A stretch of 64,000 bases of DNA from Ruditapes philippinarum (taxonomy: Eukaryota), in contig NW_026867197.1 in assembly GCF_026571515.1 (NCBI RefSeq), positions 186,001 to 250,000 of the forward strand, in the 5' to 3' direction. The number at the start of each line of letters is the position of its first letter. Position 1 is the first letter of the stretch. The notes beneath the pieces were generated by a model, which was not told where the DNA came from, ran no database searches, and worked only from the letters and a program-made list of their open reading frames with translations. Shown here one piece after another: positions 39,388 to 52,378 of the stretch. A program made the translations under genes and the position numbers.

Positions 39388-40159
39388 TTTTGTCTTTTTT
39401 TAACGGGTTACAACAACTTTTCTTAAACGTGGAATGTACATTGTATAAAATCTAGGCTATGTTAAAACCATTCCTTTGTCACGAATACTTTATCGCAAAC
39501 CTAAAACACCGCTTATTTCATAATATGGATGATTGAGTTTCATAATTAACCTGTAAAGTTTAAGATCTTATAACGACAAAACAAACGGTTTCAAAAATAA
39601 CTGTGTATTTAGTAAAAAAAGTAAACGTGTAAATTTAAAACAATAATTGATCTTTGGTTAGTTTTTGATTATGTATGAAACATATATTAATACAATAGAT
39701 TGACAAATTTTATAAAATAGAATACCTTAATTGTTAAACTGTGTTTTAATATAATAAACATTTGGGTTCCCGTGATAAAAGTGTATTTACCATATTGGAA
39801 ACTAGTAAATCTGTATATAAAGATAACAAAATATAATTCCTAGAAAGGTCAATATAATGTTAGTCAACAACATAATTTTAACTAGAACCAACAGTTCTTT
39901 ATGTATAGTCATTGTGTTCTTTAAACCTGAATCCCTTAACATTCCTACATATTAAAATTGAAGTATAAATTAAGTCGATAGTGCAAATAAAGTGTTTAAA
40001 CTCTGTGTATACATTGCTTAGCCATATTTATTATCTGTGATGTGAAAAATTATGCTAAAATAATTCTTAATAGCATTTAGCGGAAGAAATAAAAATATTG
40101 TTAAAGTTCACTCAAAAGAGCTAGGTTTAAAACTTGTGTTTGGGATCCTAATAACAGAC

Positions 40160-40498
40160 GATCGATTGATTGATTTTATTTAGACCGGGCATTCAATGAT
40201 TACCTACGAAAGTGCAAGCACTTATTTCCAGTAGGGTCCTTACCTCGGCAGACTGAAGATACAAGGAATTCCGGGAACCAGTTGCAAGCTCTTATTGAAT
40301 AGATTCCTTGGTTCTTTTACATGCCCAGTGTATATCACTGATACATGCGAAGATTACCTGGGTTTCGGACCAGTAAACCTCTAGATAGGTGGGAAACACT
40401 AAAAGTGTTTCTGAAAAATTTCAAGGGTGATACTCAGTTTCCAGCCCGGAACCTCAGAAATGACAGTCAGTGGTCTAACCAACTGAGCTATCGCGCCA
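40160..40498 (-). mobile_element. tRNA-derived SINE (Meta-domain-like)
   Basis: The minus strand begins GGCGCGATAGCTCAGTTGGTTAGACC (tRNA A-box), has a central 'cactgggcatgtaaaagaacc' motif and ends in a (CAAT)n tail. Confidence 0.75.
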
Positions 40499-42471
40499 CC
40501 TTTACAATAAATCAATCTCATGCCCATGAAAAGAAAACACTCATTAAAAACATCAGAGCTATGATTTTGCTTGTTTCATATCATTTAACCTTGTGTGCCA
40601 ATGAATTATTTTCTGTTTGCAAGAAGTGTGTTTCCGGGCAAAAATTGATATGCCACAAATCTATCTGCATACACTTAAAACATATGTAACAATATTTTTT
40701 AGAAATTGAAATTTTCGAACCATGGTCTCGTAAGGAACCGTGCCCGTAAGTCCAAAAAGTGTCTTAACTATCTTATGAGGAGCTAAGATATCTTAATAAT
40801 ATGGCTAATTTGTAATATATTCGGTACATAAATCCGATACACATATATTGCTATTCGCATACAAACTGATATTCACTGTAGCAATTTGGTAAGGAGAATT
40901 AAGAGGTAAAATCTCTTCTGTTGTTTCATTTATATAAATATAAAGTTTGTTACTTTAGATTATTAGAATAACATGACTTTGCATGATATTTCATGTACTT
41001 AAATGGATAATTTCATGCAATAGGAATGAATTGATACTAAAACAGGATAATGAAAAAGCACTTTTTTAATTCTGCAAAAAGATAAATTCCAATCCATTAA
41101 AAAGAAATGTATTTTTTCTTTCGAGCGAATTGTATTGTACAGAATATATTAACCTCATGCAAATATTACCGCTGTGTATAATCTCAATTACATTGTTGCA
41201 ATCTGAATTATCATGTTTACACAGATCTCACTATAATAAGTTCTAAACGTTGGTCAAAAGACAATACAACTTTGAAAGATTGAAAGTGTTAAAATATATT
41301 TATTAATAATTTCCCGAAGAAAACAAACTCATTTCTTTCATTCTATTTTATTTCACTAATGATGTTAAGTCTCTATCACTTCTTTTGTAAGACCCTCATA
41401 TTTTTACTAAAGAAATCTTAAAGGGTGTAGAGCTTTATCTAATGAAATATTTTCATATGATTTATAAAACGATGCTGCATCAATAATCTTACTATATTTT
41501 AACATAAAATGTCTCTTTTATTTTATACACATGAATAATGTACGTTAATAAAGTAAATTTTCTAAGAACAAAATAATATTATAATACTGCTATTTAAATT
41601 AGTATTTTTAAACTGTTTAGCAATGAAAGAAAAAAAAAGAAAATATACATCTCTTTTATAATAGAAGATTGGAATTAATCTTTTCTTCTTTTTTTTTCAA
41701 AATAAAAAAAACTTTTTAAACTAATGTCACCAAATATATATAGCTTTAAAACATTTTGAATTCCATGATATTGTAAGCCCCTTACATTTTTTTACTTCAG
41801 TAATATTAATTAAATGAAGAACAATAAGTACCATAGTTGACACCCAAAGTATCACATAGACAAATACGACCTCACCGTAGGATAATTCAGAGTATATTGA
41901 TCAGATCTCATGGCCATTTCTCCGGAGTCTAACACACATTCCTTATTAAGATAATCTTAAAACTTTCCTACTTTATCAAATACTCTTTATGATTATTCCG
42001 ACTCCGTTAGAACGTTTGCACGAATGTGCTAATATTTTACGTGACTAACGTTTTACGCATTTTACAAACATAAGCGTAAGCTTTTAAAAAGCGTCAAAGT
42101 GTTAACGCGTCCAAAATACCGGTATACACGAAATTCGATTTTTTTTCTCAACTGCTTTTATTTTGAGTATGTAATTAATACAACAAATAATATCTGATAT
42201 TGTATACCTTGCGTTACCAAATTAATTAAAAGCTATCAATAAATTCAGTATTGAACAACTTAACATCCTGTAGGTATGTCACATATAATCTAGAACAAAT
42301 AGGGCATGTGTAAAAGTGTGTACATCTTGCTTTATTTTATCATCGTCGCTTTATCTTCTGAGTGCCTTACATGTACAGGTAGAGATTTGATCATATTTAA
42401 ACTGGATATAATGAGTGTCCCATTGCGTTAGTTCATTTTATTGTCTGGCATCAGGTGTGGAAATAAGTAAA

Positions 42472-44187
42472 ATGGGCGTCCCTGGATGTGTCCCTGGACG
42501 AAAGGAGGAAGTTTATCATAACTTGGGACAATTTTGTTGTAACTGTGAAGCTTCAGAGAGGCGCAACAGTGTATTTGGATATTGTAAAAATTGTCAAATT
42601 CATCTGTGTAACAAATGTTATAAAATCCATAAAACGGATAAAAGTTCAGTCTATCATGACATGGAAAAGACGTCTCCTATCCCAGCTAAGGATCCTTTAC
42701 CAAAATGTCCACAGCATGAAGATGAAGAATTGAAATATCACTGTCGTATGCATGATGAAATAGGATGTTTTGCATGTATGTTATCACATAAGGGTTGCGA
42801 AACGGATTATATCCCTGATATATCGGTACAATATGCTTCATTAGACGAGTATACAGAATTAGAGGTTAGTATGCAGAGTCTACAAGAAAGGTTGTCTGAA
42901 AATTTGAAAACAATGAAAAAAAACTCATTTCACAGTGAAAGAGCATTTCAAATTTCCATCGATGCCATTATAGCAAGAAAAATGGCACTCGTTGAGTATA
43001 TAAACGAATTAGAACAGAAAGTTCGTGACGAAGCTGAGGCGTACATGAAAGATAGTAAAGATAAAATGACGAAAGTTCAATCAGATTTGAATCATTTGGA
43101 ATTAGAAATGTTAAATACAAATAATGTTTTAAGCAAATTAAAAAACCAGAAAAAATACAACTCATTATTTGTTGAAGCTAAACATGCTGCCAAAGAAATG
43201 GTCAAGTATTTTGAAAAAATGTACGAAATTTCGAGAAGAAATCTTGTCAGCGACATGACATATATCCCAACAAAGAAACATATGAATGATGACACTATCT
43301 TTGGATACATAGTAATTGGAAAACCCGAAGAAAAACCTTATAGCTCACCAGAATTTTTGGACAATAGAAAAATAACCCAAGTTAATATCAAGTCTGAAAG
43401 TGACAAGAAGGTGTGCTATGCAACTGGACTAGCATTGCTATCGCCTGATCAACTCGCAATAGCAGACAAAGCCAATAAAAATGTGAAAATTGTGGATGTA
43501 TCTCACGACCAGATTGTTTCTCACATTGAGTTAACATCGTCTCCACGAGATATAACGGTAATACCACCGGACCAGCTTGCCGTGACACTTAGAGATGAAG
43601 AACGAATACAGTTACTAACAACCAGGAAGGGTTTGATGAGAAAAACAGAACAAATACTTACAGCTGGCAATTGTCGAGGCATCAAATATTATGACAGGAA
43701 ACTTATTGTTACATTTGATGGTAAACTTCGACCAAAAATAGAAATCCTCAATCTTAACGGAGATGTACTGTGTACTTTCCAACACAATGAGTCTGGGTCT
43801 AATATTTTTAGTGAACCAAAATGTATAGGTTTGAGCCCAGATAGCAGCCGTATATATGTTACAGATTTTAGTAAAATGTGTATATTTCAGTTATCAAGGC
43901 TAGGAAATTTAATCGGCAGTTTTGGTAGACAGAGGTATATGGGTGTTGCTGTTAGTACAGGTGGTTCTGTATACGCCTGCTCAAAGTCAAGTAACTCAGT
44001 ATACCAGATGCAAGACGATCTGTCAAACGATGAAGCAGTGTTGACGATCAATGACGGTATTAAAGCACCCATAGCTCTTGCTATTTCAAATACAAGGAAC
44101 ATGTTATATGTTAGTTGTGGGAGCAATGATGCTGATGTCTCTAACAAATTACACGTGTTTAAGATTAAACATAAACCTGATAAATAA
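42472..44187 (+). CDS. RING-less TRIM-like protein B, 571 aa
   Basis: The ORF track starts at a GTG (42415). The first ATG at 42472 ('aaaATGg') gives MGVPGCVPGRK, matching the MxVxGR start of the paralogs. Same domain layout as A. Confidence 0.93.
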   Translation: MGVPGCVPGRKEEVYHNLGQFCCNCEASERRNSVFGYCKNCQIHLCNKCYKIHKTDKSSVYHDMEKTSPIPAKDPLPKCPQHEDEELKYHCRMHDEIGCFACMLSHKGCETDYIPDISVQYASLDEYTELEVSMQSLQERLSENLKTMKKNSFHSERAFQISIDAIIARKMALVEYINELEQKVRDEAEAYMKDSKDKMTKVQSDLNHLELEMLNTNNVLSKLKNQKKYNSLFVEAKHAAKEMVKYFEKMYEISRRNLVSDMTYIPTKKHMNDDTIFGYIVIGKPEEKPYSSPEFLDNRKITQVNIKSESDKKVCYATGLALLSPDQLAIADKANKNVKIVDVSHDQIVSHIELTSSPRDITVIPPDQLAVTLRDEERIQLLTTRKGLMRKTEQILTAGNCRGIKYYDRKLIVTFDGKLRPKIEILNLNGDVLCTFQHNESGSNIFSEPKCIGLSPDSSRIYVTDFSKMCIFQLSRLGNLIGSFGRQRYMGVAVSTGGSVYACSKSSNSVYQMQDDLSNDEAVLTINDGIKAPIALAISNTRNMLYVSCGSNDADVSNKLHVFKIKHKPDK

Positions 44188-45953
44188 ATACGACGGATGT
44201 TTCAGATCAAATTCAACAATAAGTTTCAAAGAAACATGTTGAGGTTCTTGGAAAAGAACTTTTACACTGGATTGAAAGCTTTTGGCATGAAAGAGTTATT
44301 TGTTGTGAATTAAGTAAATTATTTATTATAAGTTGTCAAGAAAAGATACAGGTAAAATTGCATTAATTTTGAAACATCCCTCGTAAGAACACCTCAGTGG
44401 AATTATATGAAATTTTAATTCTGCATCGCATAAAATACATTGTACAACGTTTTTCTTTCTTTTTTTCCTTTTCTTGTTGCTGTTTTTTGTTGTTGTTTTT
44501 TTTTGTGTACTTTCATCAAATTTAACTTAGTTTTGTCATAACTCGGCAGTCGATCAGTGAATCAGTGGCGAGATACAGATGAACATGAGACTCAAGGTCT
44601 AAGATCAATAGTTACGAAAACATAATGTCTCACTCTAAGATGGAACCAGTAACCCCTGGATACTAGCATGAGAACATACCCTTATTAAATGTGTTTAAAA
44701 TTTGTTATTTCGACAAAATGTTTTCAGTTTTACCATTTTCAAATTTTCATTTACAAACTTTATTATGATTTACTACAAAATATCAGAAAACAATAATTTG
44801 GAGTTCTTATCTAAGTGTGTTTTTTGTATAATTGATGTATGGACTTTGATAATTGTAGCATATATATGATTTTACTTTCTCTGAATGTATTAATCAGAAT
44901 ACTTCCCATGTGAATACTATGAAACGATAACAATAAATTTTATGAAAAAATTGTCTTTTATATGATATTTCGTAGATTACAAATAAAGAAATATTCAAAA
45001 AATCATCGTTCGTTTTCTGATGTGTTTCATGGCATGATAACAACAGAACAGAAAGCATTTGATATGGCTACGGTTTGTGTTAAAGATATTCTTGAATATT
45101 TTCAAAGGTAATATGTCTATTCTGGAGCATTGACATAAACGAACAGCTTTTCGATAAAAGAAATATCTTGGTTTAACTCCCATGTCTGGGAATTTAGTGG
45201 TTAGTTTGAAAAAATTTGAATTTCTTTTGTAGATATGTACTATTATAGAAAACAAATGGAATCATATTCGACTCTTATTTAGTACCTCGGTAGTAACAAA
45301 TTATATATTGTCATTTGTTGTAGTCTTTTTTTTTGAAAGTTTTTTATTGTCGTTGGTGTAGGTGGGTAAAACATTTAACATATCATAAAGGAAATGGACG
45401 AAAAAAGGCTCTAAACACCTAAAAGCACACATTGTTGACCCGCTTTGATGTTAAACATACACACAAACCCGTGTCCTATCAATTCTTTGAAAATCAACAA
45501 CACATGAAGTTGAACATGGCTGCAACACATTAAGATCCATAAGAGTTCCATATCCAAACATAAAGTGCACTATAAAACTGAGAATCATTGCTATGCTAAA
45601 TAAAAATGCAATTACATGTATGATTTAATGTTGCAATTATTAACACTGAATTTGCATAAACATAAACATATTTGGTACATAATAACTTGCAAAACGTACT
45701 TATTAAGTGTTTATTGAAATACATGTTATGTCTCTTTCATATATAATTAAATCTTATTGTGTATTTTAAAGGAAGGAAATGAGTAATACCCCTCTCATAC
45801 CCACTTGAAGTGCACAGTTTAAAGTGTATACATTTTACTTGTCTCTGTTTATCAACGTTTAATCATATTATTCGCTTGTATACGGAACATCGGATGTCTC
45901 AAACAGTTAATTTGATTTGAGATCTTGTATATAAGGAATAAAAAGTTTAAAAA

Positions 45954-47684
45954 ATGAGCGTCCAAGGACGAAAGAAAAATAGTGATGATAATGTTGTGCC
46001 AATCTGTTGTAAATGTGAAGCTACAAAGAGGCGTGAAAGCGTATTTGGATATTGCAAAAACTGTCAAATTCACCTATGTTATAAATGTTATCAATGCCAT
46101 AAAACGGATAAAAGTTCAGTCTATCATGACATGGAAAAGACGACTCCTATTCCAGCTAAGGACCCTTTACCAAAATGTCCACAGCATGAAGATGAAGAAT
46201 TAAAATATCACTGTCGCAGACATGATGAAATAGGATGTATTGCATGCATGTTGTCACATAAGAGTTGCGAAACGGATTATATCCCTGATATATCGGTACA
46301 GTACGCTTCATTAGACGAGTATATAGACTTACAGGTCAGTATGCAGAGTCTCAATGAAAGGTTGTCTCAAAATTTGAAAAAAGTTAAAGAAAACTTATTG
46401 CTCAGTGAAACAGCATTTCAGATTACTACTGATGCAATTAAAGCAAGAAAAATAGAACTCATCGAGTACATAAACGAACAAGAACAGAAAGTTCGCAACG
46501 AAGCTGAGGCGTACATAAAAGAAAGTAAAGATAAAATGGCGAAAGTTCAATCGGACTTGAATCAGCTTGAAACAGAAATGCTAAACACAAATAAGGTGTT
46601 AAGCAATTTAAAAAAGGAGAAAAGGCACAATCTTTTATTCATTGAAGCTAAACATGCTGCTAAAGTAACGGTCAAACATTTTGAAAGGATGTATGAAATT
46701 TCTGCGAGAAATCTTGTTAACGACATGTCATATCTCCCAACTACAAAACATATCAAAGATGACACCATCTTTGGCAAAGTAGTTATTGAAAATCTGAAAC
46801 AAAGACAATATAGCTCACCAGAATTATTGGACAATAGAGAATCAACTCAGGTTAATATCAAGTCCGAAAGTGACAAGAAGGTGTGCTATGCAACTGGACT
46901 AGCATTTCTATCGGCTGATCATCTCGCTATAGCAGACAAAGCCAATAAAAATGTGAAAATTGTGGATGTATCTCACGACAAGATTGTTTCTCACATTGAG
47001 TTAACATCGTCTCCCCGAGATATAACGGTAATACCACCGGACCAGCTTGCCGTGACACTTAGAGATGAAGAACGTATTCAGCTGTTGACAACGTTGAAAG
47101 GGTTGACAAAAACAGAACAAATACAAACAAATGGAAATTGCCGAGGAATAAAACATGATGACGGGAAACTTATTGTGGCCTTTGACAGTATGGTGCGACC
47201 AAAAATAGAAATCTTAAGACTTAACGGAGATGTACTGTGTACTTTCCAACTGAATGAGTCTGGGTCTATGATATTCAGTGAACCAAAATGTATAGGTTTG
47301 AGTCCAGATAGCAGTCGAATGTATGTTTCAGATTTAAGTAAAATGTGTATCTTTAACTTGTCAAGATTGGGAAATGTAAATGGCACCTTCGGTCGGCATA
47401 GGTACATGGGCCTTGCTGTTAGCGCAGGCGGCTCTGTATACGCATGCTCAAAGTCAAGTAACTCTGTATACCAGATGCAAGACGATCTGTCAAACGATGA
47501 AGCAGTGTTGACGATCATTGACGGTATTAAAGCACCAATAGCTCTTGCTATTTCTAATACAAGGAACGTGCTATATGTGAGTTGTGGGAGCAATGATGCT
47601 GATGTCTCTAACAAATTACACGTGTTTAAGATTAAACATAAAAATGAGAACACCTCAATAGATATTAGTTCAGAAATAGCATAA
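45954..47684 (+). CDS. RING-less TRIM-like protein C, 576 aa
   Basis: Intact ORF with an aaaaATG start, two B-boxes, a coiled coil and an NHL-like propeller; paralog of A and B. Confidence 0.94.
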   Translation: MSVQGRKKNSDDNVVPICCKCEATKRRESVFGYCKNCQIHLCYKCYQCHKTDKSSVYHDMEKTTPIPAKDPLPKCPQHEDEELKYHCRRHDEIGCIACMLSHKSCETDYIPDISVQYASLDEYIDLQVSMQSLNERLSQNLKKVKENLLLSETAFQITTDAIKARKIELIEYINEQEQKVRNEAEAYIKESKDKMAKVQSDLNQLETEMLNTNKVLSNLKKEKRHNLLFIEAKHAAKVTVKHFERMYEISARNLVNDMSYLPTTKHIKDDTIFGKVVIENLKQRQYSSPELLDNRESTQVNIKSESDKKVCYATGLAFLSADHLAIADKANKNVKIVDVSHDKIVSHIELTSSPRDITVIPPDQLAVTLRDEERIQLLTTLKGLTKTEQIQTNGNCRGIKHDDGKLIVAFDSMVRPKIEILRLNGDVLCTFQLNESGSMIFSEPKCIGLSPDSSRMYVSDLSKMCIFNLSRLGNVNGTFGRHRYMGLAVSAGGSVYACSKSSNSVYQMQDDLSNDEAVLTIIDGIKAPIALAISNTRNVLYVSCGSNDADVSNKLHVFKIKHKNENTSIDISSEIA

Positions 47685-50600
47685 TGATATGTTTTGGAGT
47701 CCAAGCACTGGTGTCAATAATAAAACTTCCCACACAAAAACAGATATATGCAAGCGTCCGGCAATATACTTGTACATTCAAATATCTCTTTATCTGTATA
47801 AAGATATACTACACATCACGGTCAAGTATACTTTGTTCGTTTTTGACCCATTTGTGTTTGCCTATTCATTCGGTTAAACCCCCGCAGACATGTATTTACA
47901 CAATTTTAGCATATATTTCATGTCTGAAGTACACATATTTTGAGTTTTATTGTCCTATCATACATTTGGCTATACAGAGAATAATAAAATATTGCAATGG
48001 ATGATTTGATCAGTTAAAGGTTTTGTGTTCTGCTTTTATGGCGAAACCTGATAATTTTTATATAACATTGTTGTTTTCTTTATCGTATTGATGTTTTAAA
48101 ATGATAATAAAAACAGAGATATTGTTTAAAATATGTTTTAATAAATTAGGAATCGAACGTACTACCTCTGTAATCCGCCCACTGAGCTACCTGTGTTTCG
48201 GAATTACTGTTGCTTAACGATAAGATATTTTTATCAACAGTTTGGGCTGTTACTTGAAATTAATTATAGCTGTCATATGTTGCTGTACAGATCTTAATAT
48301 CCGTCCCCAAGGGACTCGCCAATCGGCAGGTTCCCGAAGGACGGATATTCCGATCAGATTGGAAATTTATATCCTTACACCCTTAACTATTTTCGTACAG
48401 TAGCATATGAAATAACTTCATTCACAACGGCGAAATAACGTCATCCAAAGCATGCCATTGTATAGCACGCAACTCATCTGGCACCCCTATGATAGATGAA
48501 ATATCCGGCATGGGTAAAATTAACGCAAACACCAGTCTGATATGCAAGAAATACTCTGTCAGTTTATGTTTATAAATGAAAGTCTGGGTTTCTATGTAGT
48601 GATATAAAGCCCATAGTATTCAGAGTATATCACTCATAGTGTTGTTAACATAGCTTTGCCGATTTTTTTGTCCTACGTATTAAGTTATGATTCCCTATAT
48701 ATGTATTGTGTATCTTGTTCTTTCAAAGCATATTTCTCGATTCAATGACAATTACTGCACTAAAGTAATCTTTTTCCTCCGCAATGATGACATTATTCCG
48801 CTGTTAAACTCATTTTTAAGTAACAACTGCGCTGATAAACTTTTTGGGAAACCTTTAACTCTTGACAGACATTTGCTCAATCGTATTTTAAGTACCATAA
48901 AAAGAGAATTTCAAGAAAATTTATGAGTTGACAAATTTGATTTCATCTGTTCTTGAACGACACTTGATATATTGTCCTTGCGACAGTGAACACTTTCAGG
49001 GCTTACTTACTTTAAGTAATTAGACAATAATCCCATTTAGTCTTTCGATTGTTATTTTATTTCCAATGTCAAGTTGTTTTCCAAGTATTTCTCTTTAATC
49101 ATATACATGTATATAGTAACATGTAGGGGCTGATATACATTATATAAATCAGAATAAACACTTGAATGTTAATAAAATAAGGAAGATATTACATTACGTT
49201 GGTATCATTGTTAACTTAACGGACATAAAATAATAAGAGTATATAATTAAGAGACAATTGTTCTGTTAAGTTAATGTAAGTAAGACACTTGAAGTTGTTG
49301 AAATACATTCCTGCTTTATATTAAATTCAATGGGAAGAAAATAAACGTAATAATTTTTTGTCTTGTTTTATAACAATTATTGCAATACCAGTTTAGTCTC
49401 TGACAATATGGCATCGTAAGTTGTTGAAAGATGCCGGAAATGGATGATAATCAGATAAAAACTGAATTCAGACTAAATCGGATAATTTCAGTAAATTGCA
49501 GCTACGTGCTGAATGACCCCGAAAAACATAGTATTGAGGTATTGAATCAATAAATTCTTTAAAATTTCATTATTAAACATAATGTTATGATATCGTTAAA
49601 GCAGCATACCTGAAGATCCATGTTTATTTTCATAACAATTCGGAAAATGTATTTAATAGTACAATATTGTGAAGTGAACAAAGGAAGCAGTTTACACATA
49701 CAATCTACGTAAAATAGCCCCAACTGTAATATATTGTTGATTGCTTTGTTTTTCTTTTTGTTCTTTTTTTTCAATATGGTATACATGTACATTTATATAA
49801 TCACACAACGACGTGACAATCCATCAACATGTCCATACGCACTCGTGAAAATAATTTTCTTACTTCTTTGTGTGATATAACATAGCATAGTTACAGAACA
49901 ACTAAATATCCTCTATTTACATGTACGCACATTTTTGAGTAAAACGTTTATATTATGACTATTCACGGTAATAACGCCGTCCTAGAACCTATCAGATGAC
50001 CTTTAATCGACCATTATTCCAGAACAAAGAAGACGAATATTACGAAACTTGATTGAGCATTCAGATTTTTTTCACCATATTTTTACTGTGTTACTAACAC
50101 AGCAAGGGCCATTTTTTATATATCTAAAATTTTCATGAAAATTAGAGCAAAAATCTTGAGCAAGCTGCTTTGAGGATATGATGTCACAGTTACGCAGTAT
50201 TTAAATTTTATGTTTATATCATGTCTTGGAAATAAGATGATTCTTGAATGTATTCAAAAAGTGATATCTCATTTTTCTGTACGAAATCTGCTGTGGTCAT
50301 AGTATTATTTTTACAAAAGCTATAGCTCTTAAATTTGGTTTGCTATTGCTAATCATGGTCATGCAACTACATAGTTAGGTAAAGAAGCAGACGCTTGTTT
50401 TGGTTGAGTCTATTATGTTTTGTTTTGTTTAGGGGTGAGTTGTCATACACTAATTTACAATTTATATGCATTTATTTTTTTCCAATGATTGTTATTATCT
50501 TAAATGCACCTGGGATTGTTGTTTTATCAATTCATTTGTAAATAAGATTGTTATATGTCTTTTAACGGCGTCGCATGGGATGGAAAACGCCTTTTTCATA

Positions 50601-51728
50601 TTTTATTGTAATCAATATTTACAAACTGTGTCTTTCGGGTTTTTTTATCAATAAACATTGTATAACCAATAATGATGTTAATATGAATAAATAATCATAT
50701 CTCAAATCTGCGTATATGATTTACAATGAAATTCTACCTTTAGTGTATTAAAAAGGATTTTAATTTCCTGTATTTTTATTTTGTGATTATGCTTCAAAGC
50801 AGTCAATTGACCGTGAATTTTCTTTTCATATTTTGATTTCCTTGAAATCATTTTTCTCATCTGAAGGCATGCAATTTTAATATGATGATACATTAATTAC
50901 ATTCCATGAAAATGTTTAAAGACATAAAATATCTCATGACATGTTTGTTCATTTTACATAACACCTTTAATGCAGCAAACATAAAAAGTCTTCACAAAAA
51001 GAAGTATGCAATCGTACCTATAAAAGATACGAATGTATGTAATATTTTTCTTGTTATTTATTCCTGCAATATTTTGAAATATAAATGTTGGTATTTCAGT
51101 GCACATTCATTACCTGAGTATTTTGACCTTATATAAGGATGGTTCCACATACTATATTCAAAAATGCACATCGTGATATATTGATATCATATAAAGACAC
51201 ATTGACATCAAATATTGTTCAGTTGACTACATATAAAGATGGATCCACATAATATATTAATGAGTGCACATTGTATACGGAAAGGTTGACTCAATATATT
51301 GCTAGTTGGACATAACAACGTTCAGGTTTATAATAATAAGACAGTCAAGGCTTTCCATATACTTGTATATGTCTATTCGTGCAACAAGTCGTTACATGTA
51401 CTTAAGATGGCCTACAATTGACACGGTACTCTTTAACAATAAAATATGAGCTTCGTCGTTATAATAATTTACATGCTAAGATACATGTATATAGGAGTAT
51501 ATGTCAAGCAAAACGATGATTCAGTTTATTCACGTTGCATTTAAAATCCATCAAATACAACGACGTCACTTATAATGTTAAAAAGCGTTATAAATCAAGT
51601 TTTCTTCGTCTGGAGATAATAAAATTTGTCTTGGATGATTTAGAAAAGATTGCATTTTGAGAATCTTTGAAAAAAGTAAAATGTCAAATTTGACCACTAT
51701 GTTGGAAATGTCATGTCACTGCTCATGC

Positions 51729-52378
51729 TTATATTGCAGTTAATTAGTATGTAAATCAAGTAAACGGTCGTTAAAAGCTGTCGGTCGTTGCAACGAGTGT
51801 GTGGAAAACTTATGCGACTCCTGCCTCAAAGATCACAATAGAATTTATGGGACATATCATGTAGTAAGTATAACTATGCCAACTACATCGACAAATCTGT
51901 CAAGTGGTAAGTTACAGAGCTGTTCCTTACATCCTAAAGAACATGTGAAGTTGTACTGTCGAATGAATGGCAATCTCAGATGCGTCATTTGTATGACAGT
52001 TCCACATATACAGTGAGATATTGATTATATACCTGACGTATCAGAAACATTTTTGACAGACGCAAATGACAATATAGGCTCTAAATCAAACTTAGATACT
52101 TTGAAGAAAAGGTGTGATGTTGGTTTGCGAGAAATTGGTCTCCATACTGCTACTTATGACGATGTCATGAGATCAATTGAAAACAAAAGAACCAAAATCT
52201 TGGCGAAGCTTGATGAAATCGTAAATAAATCGAAAGATCAAGCCAATGAATTTAGGAAAACAAACCTAAACAAAATGCAAGAATTGAAAGAATCATTTCA
52301 GTCAATTTTAAACAACATAAACGAAATGGAAACCAAGACGAAACAGTTGAAAACTGAAAGAAAATTCAATTTACTTTT
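51729..52378 (+). pseudogene. Truncated pseudogene copy of TRIM-like gene E (B-boxes + coiled coil only)
   Basis: Aligns to ~60351-61012. It lacks the first ~26 codons, has in-frame stops (TAA near 51741, TGA at 52014-52016), a 12-nt deletion (VTTT) and a B-box2 His-to-Asn change, and lacks the whole propeller. Confidence 0.92.

Noticed and set aside
40430-40498. tRNA gene on the minus strand (likewise ~18497-18595 and ~63495-63560)
   Set aside because: Only A/B-box-like heads with no complete cloverleaf. The first two continue into SINE bodies and tails; the third is too degenerate to call.
42415-42471. N-terminal extension of gene B in the ORF track
   Set aside because: It relies on a GTG start. 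The ATG at 42472 has a good context and aligns with the paralog starts.
47078-47704. Long antisense ORFs overlapping the TRIM-like genes (also 56153-56809, 37874-38254, 43887-44147)
   Set aside because: They are shadows of the sense CDS. They recur only because the paralogs are similar, and have no domain signature.
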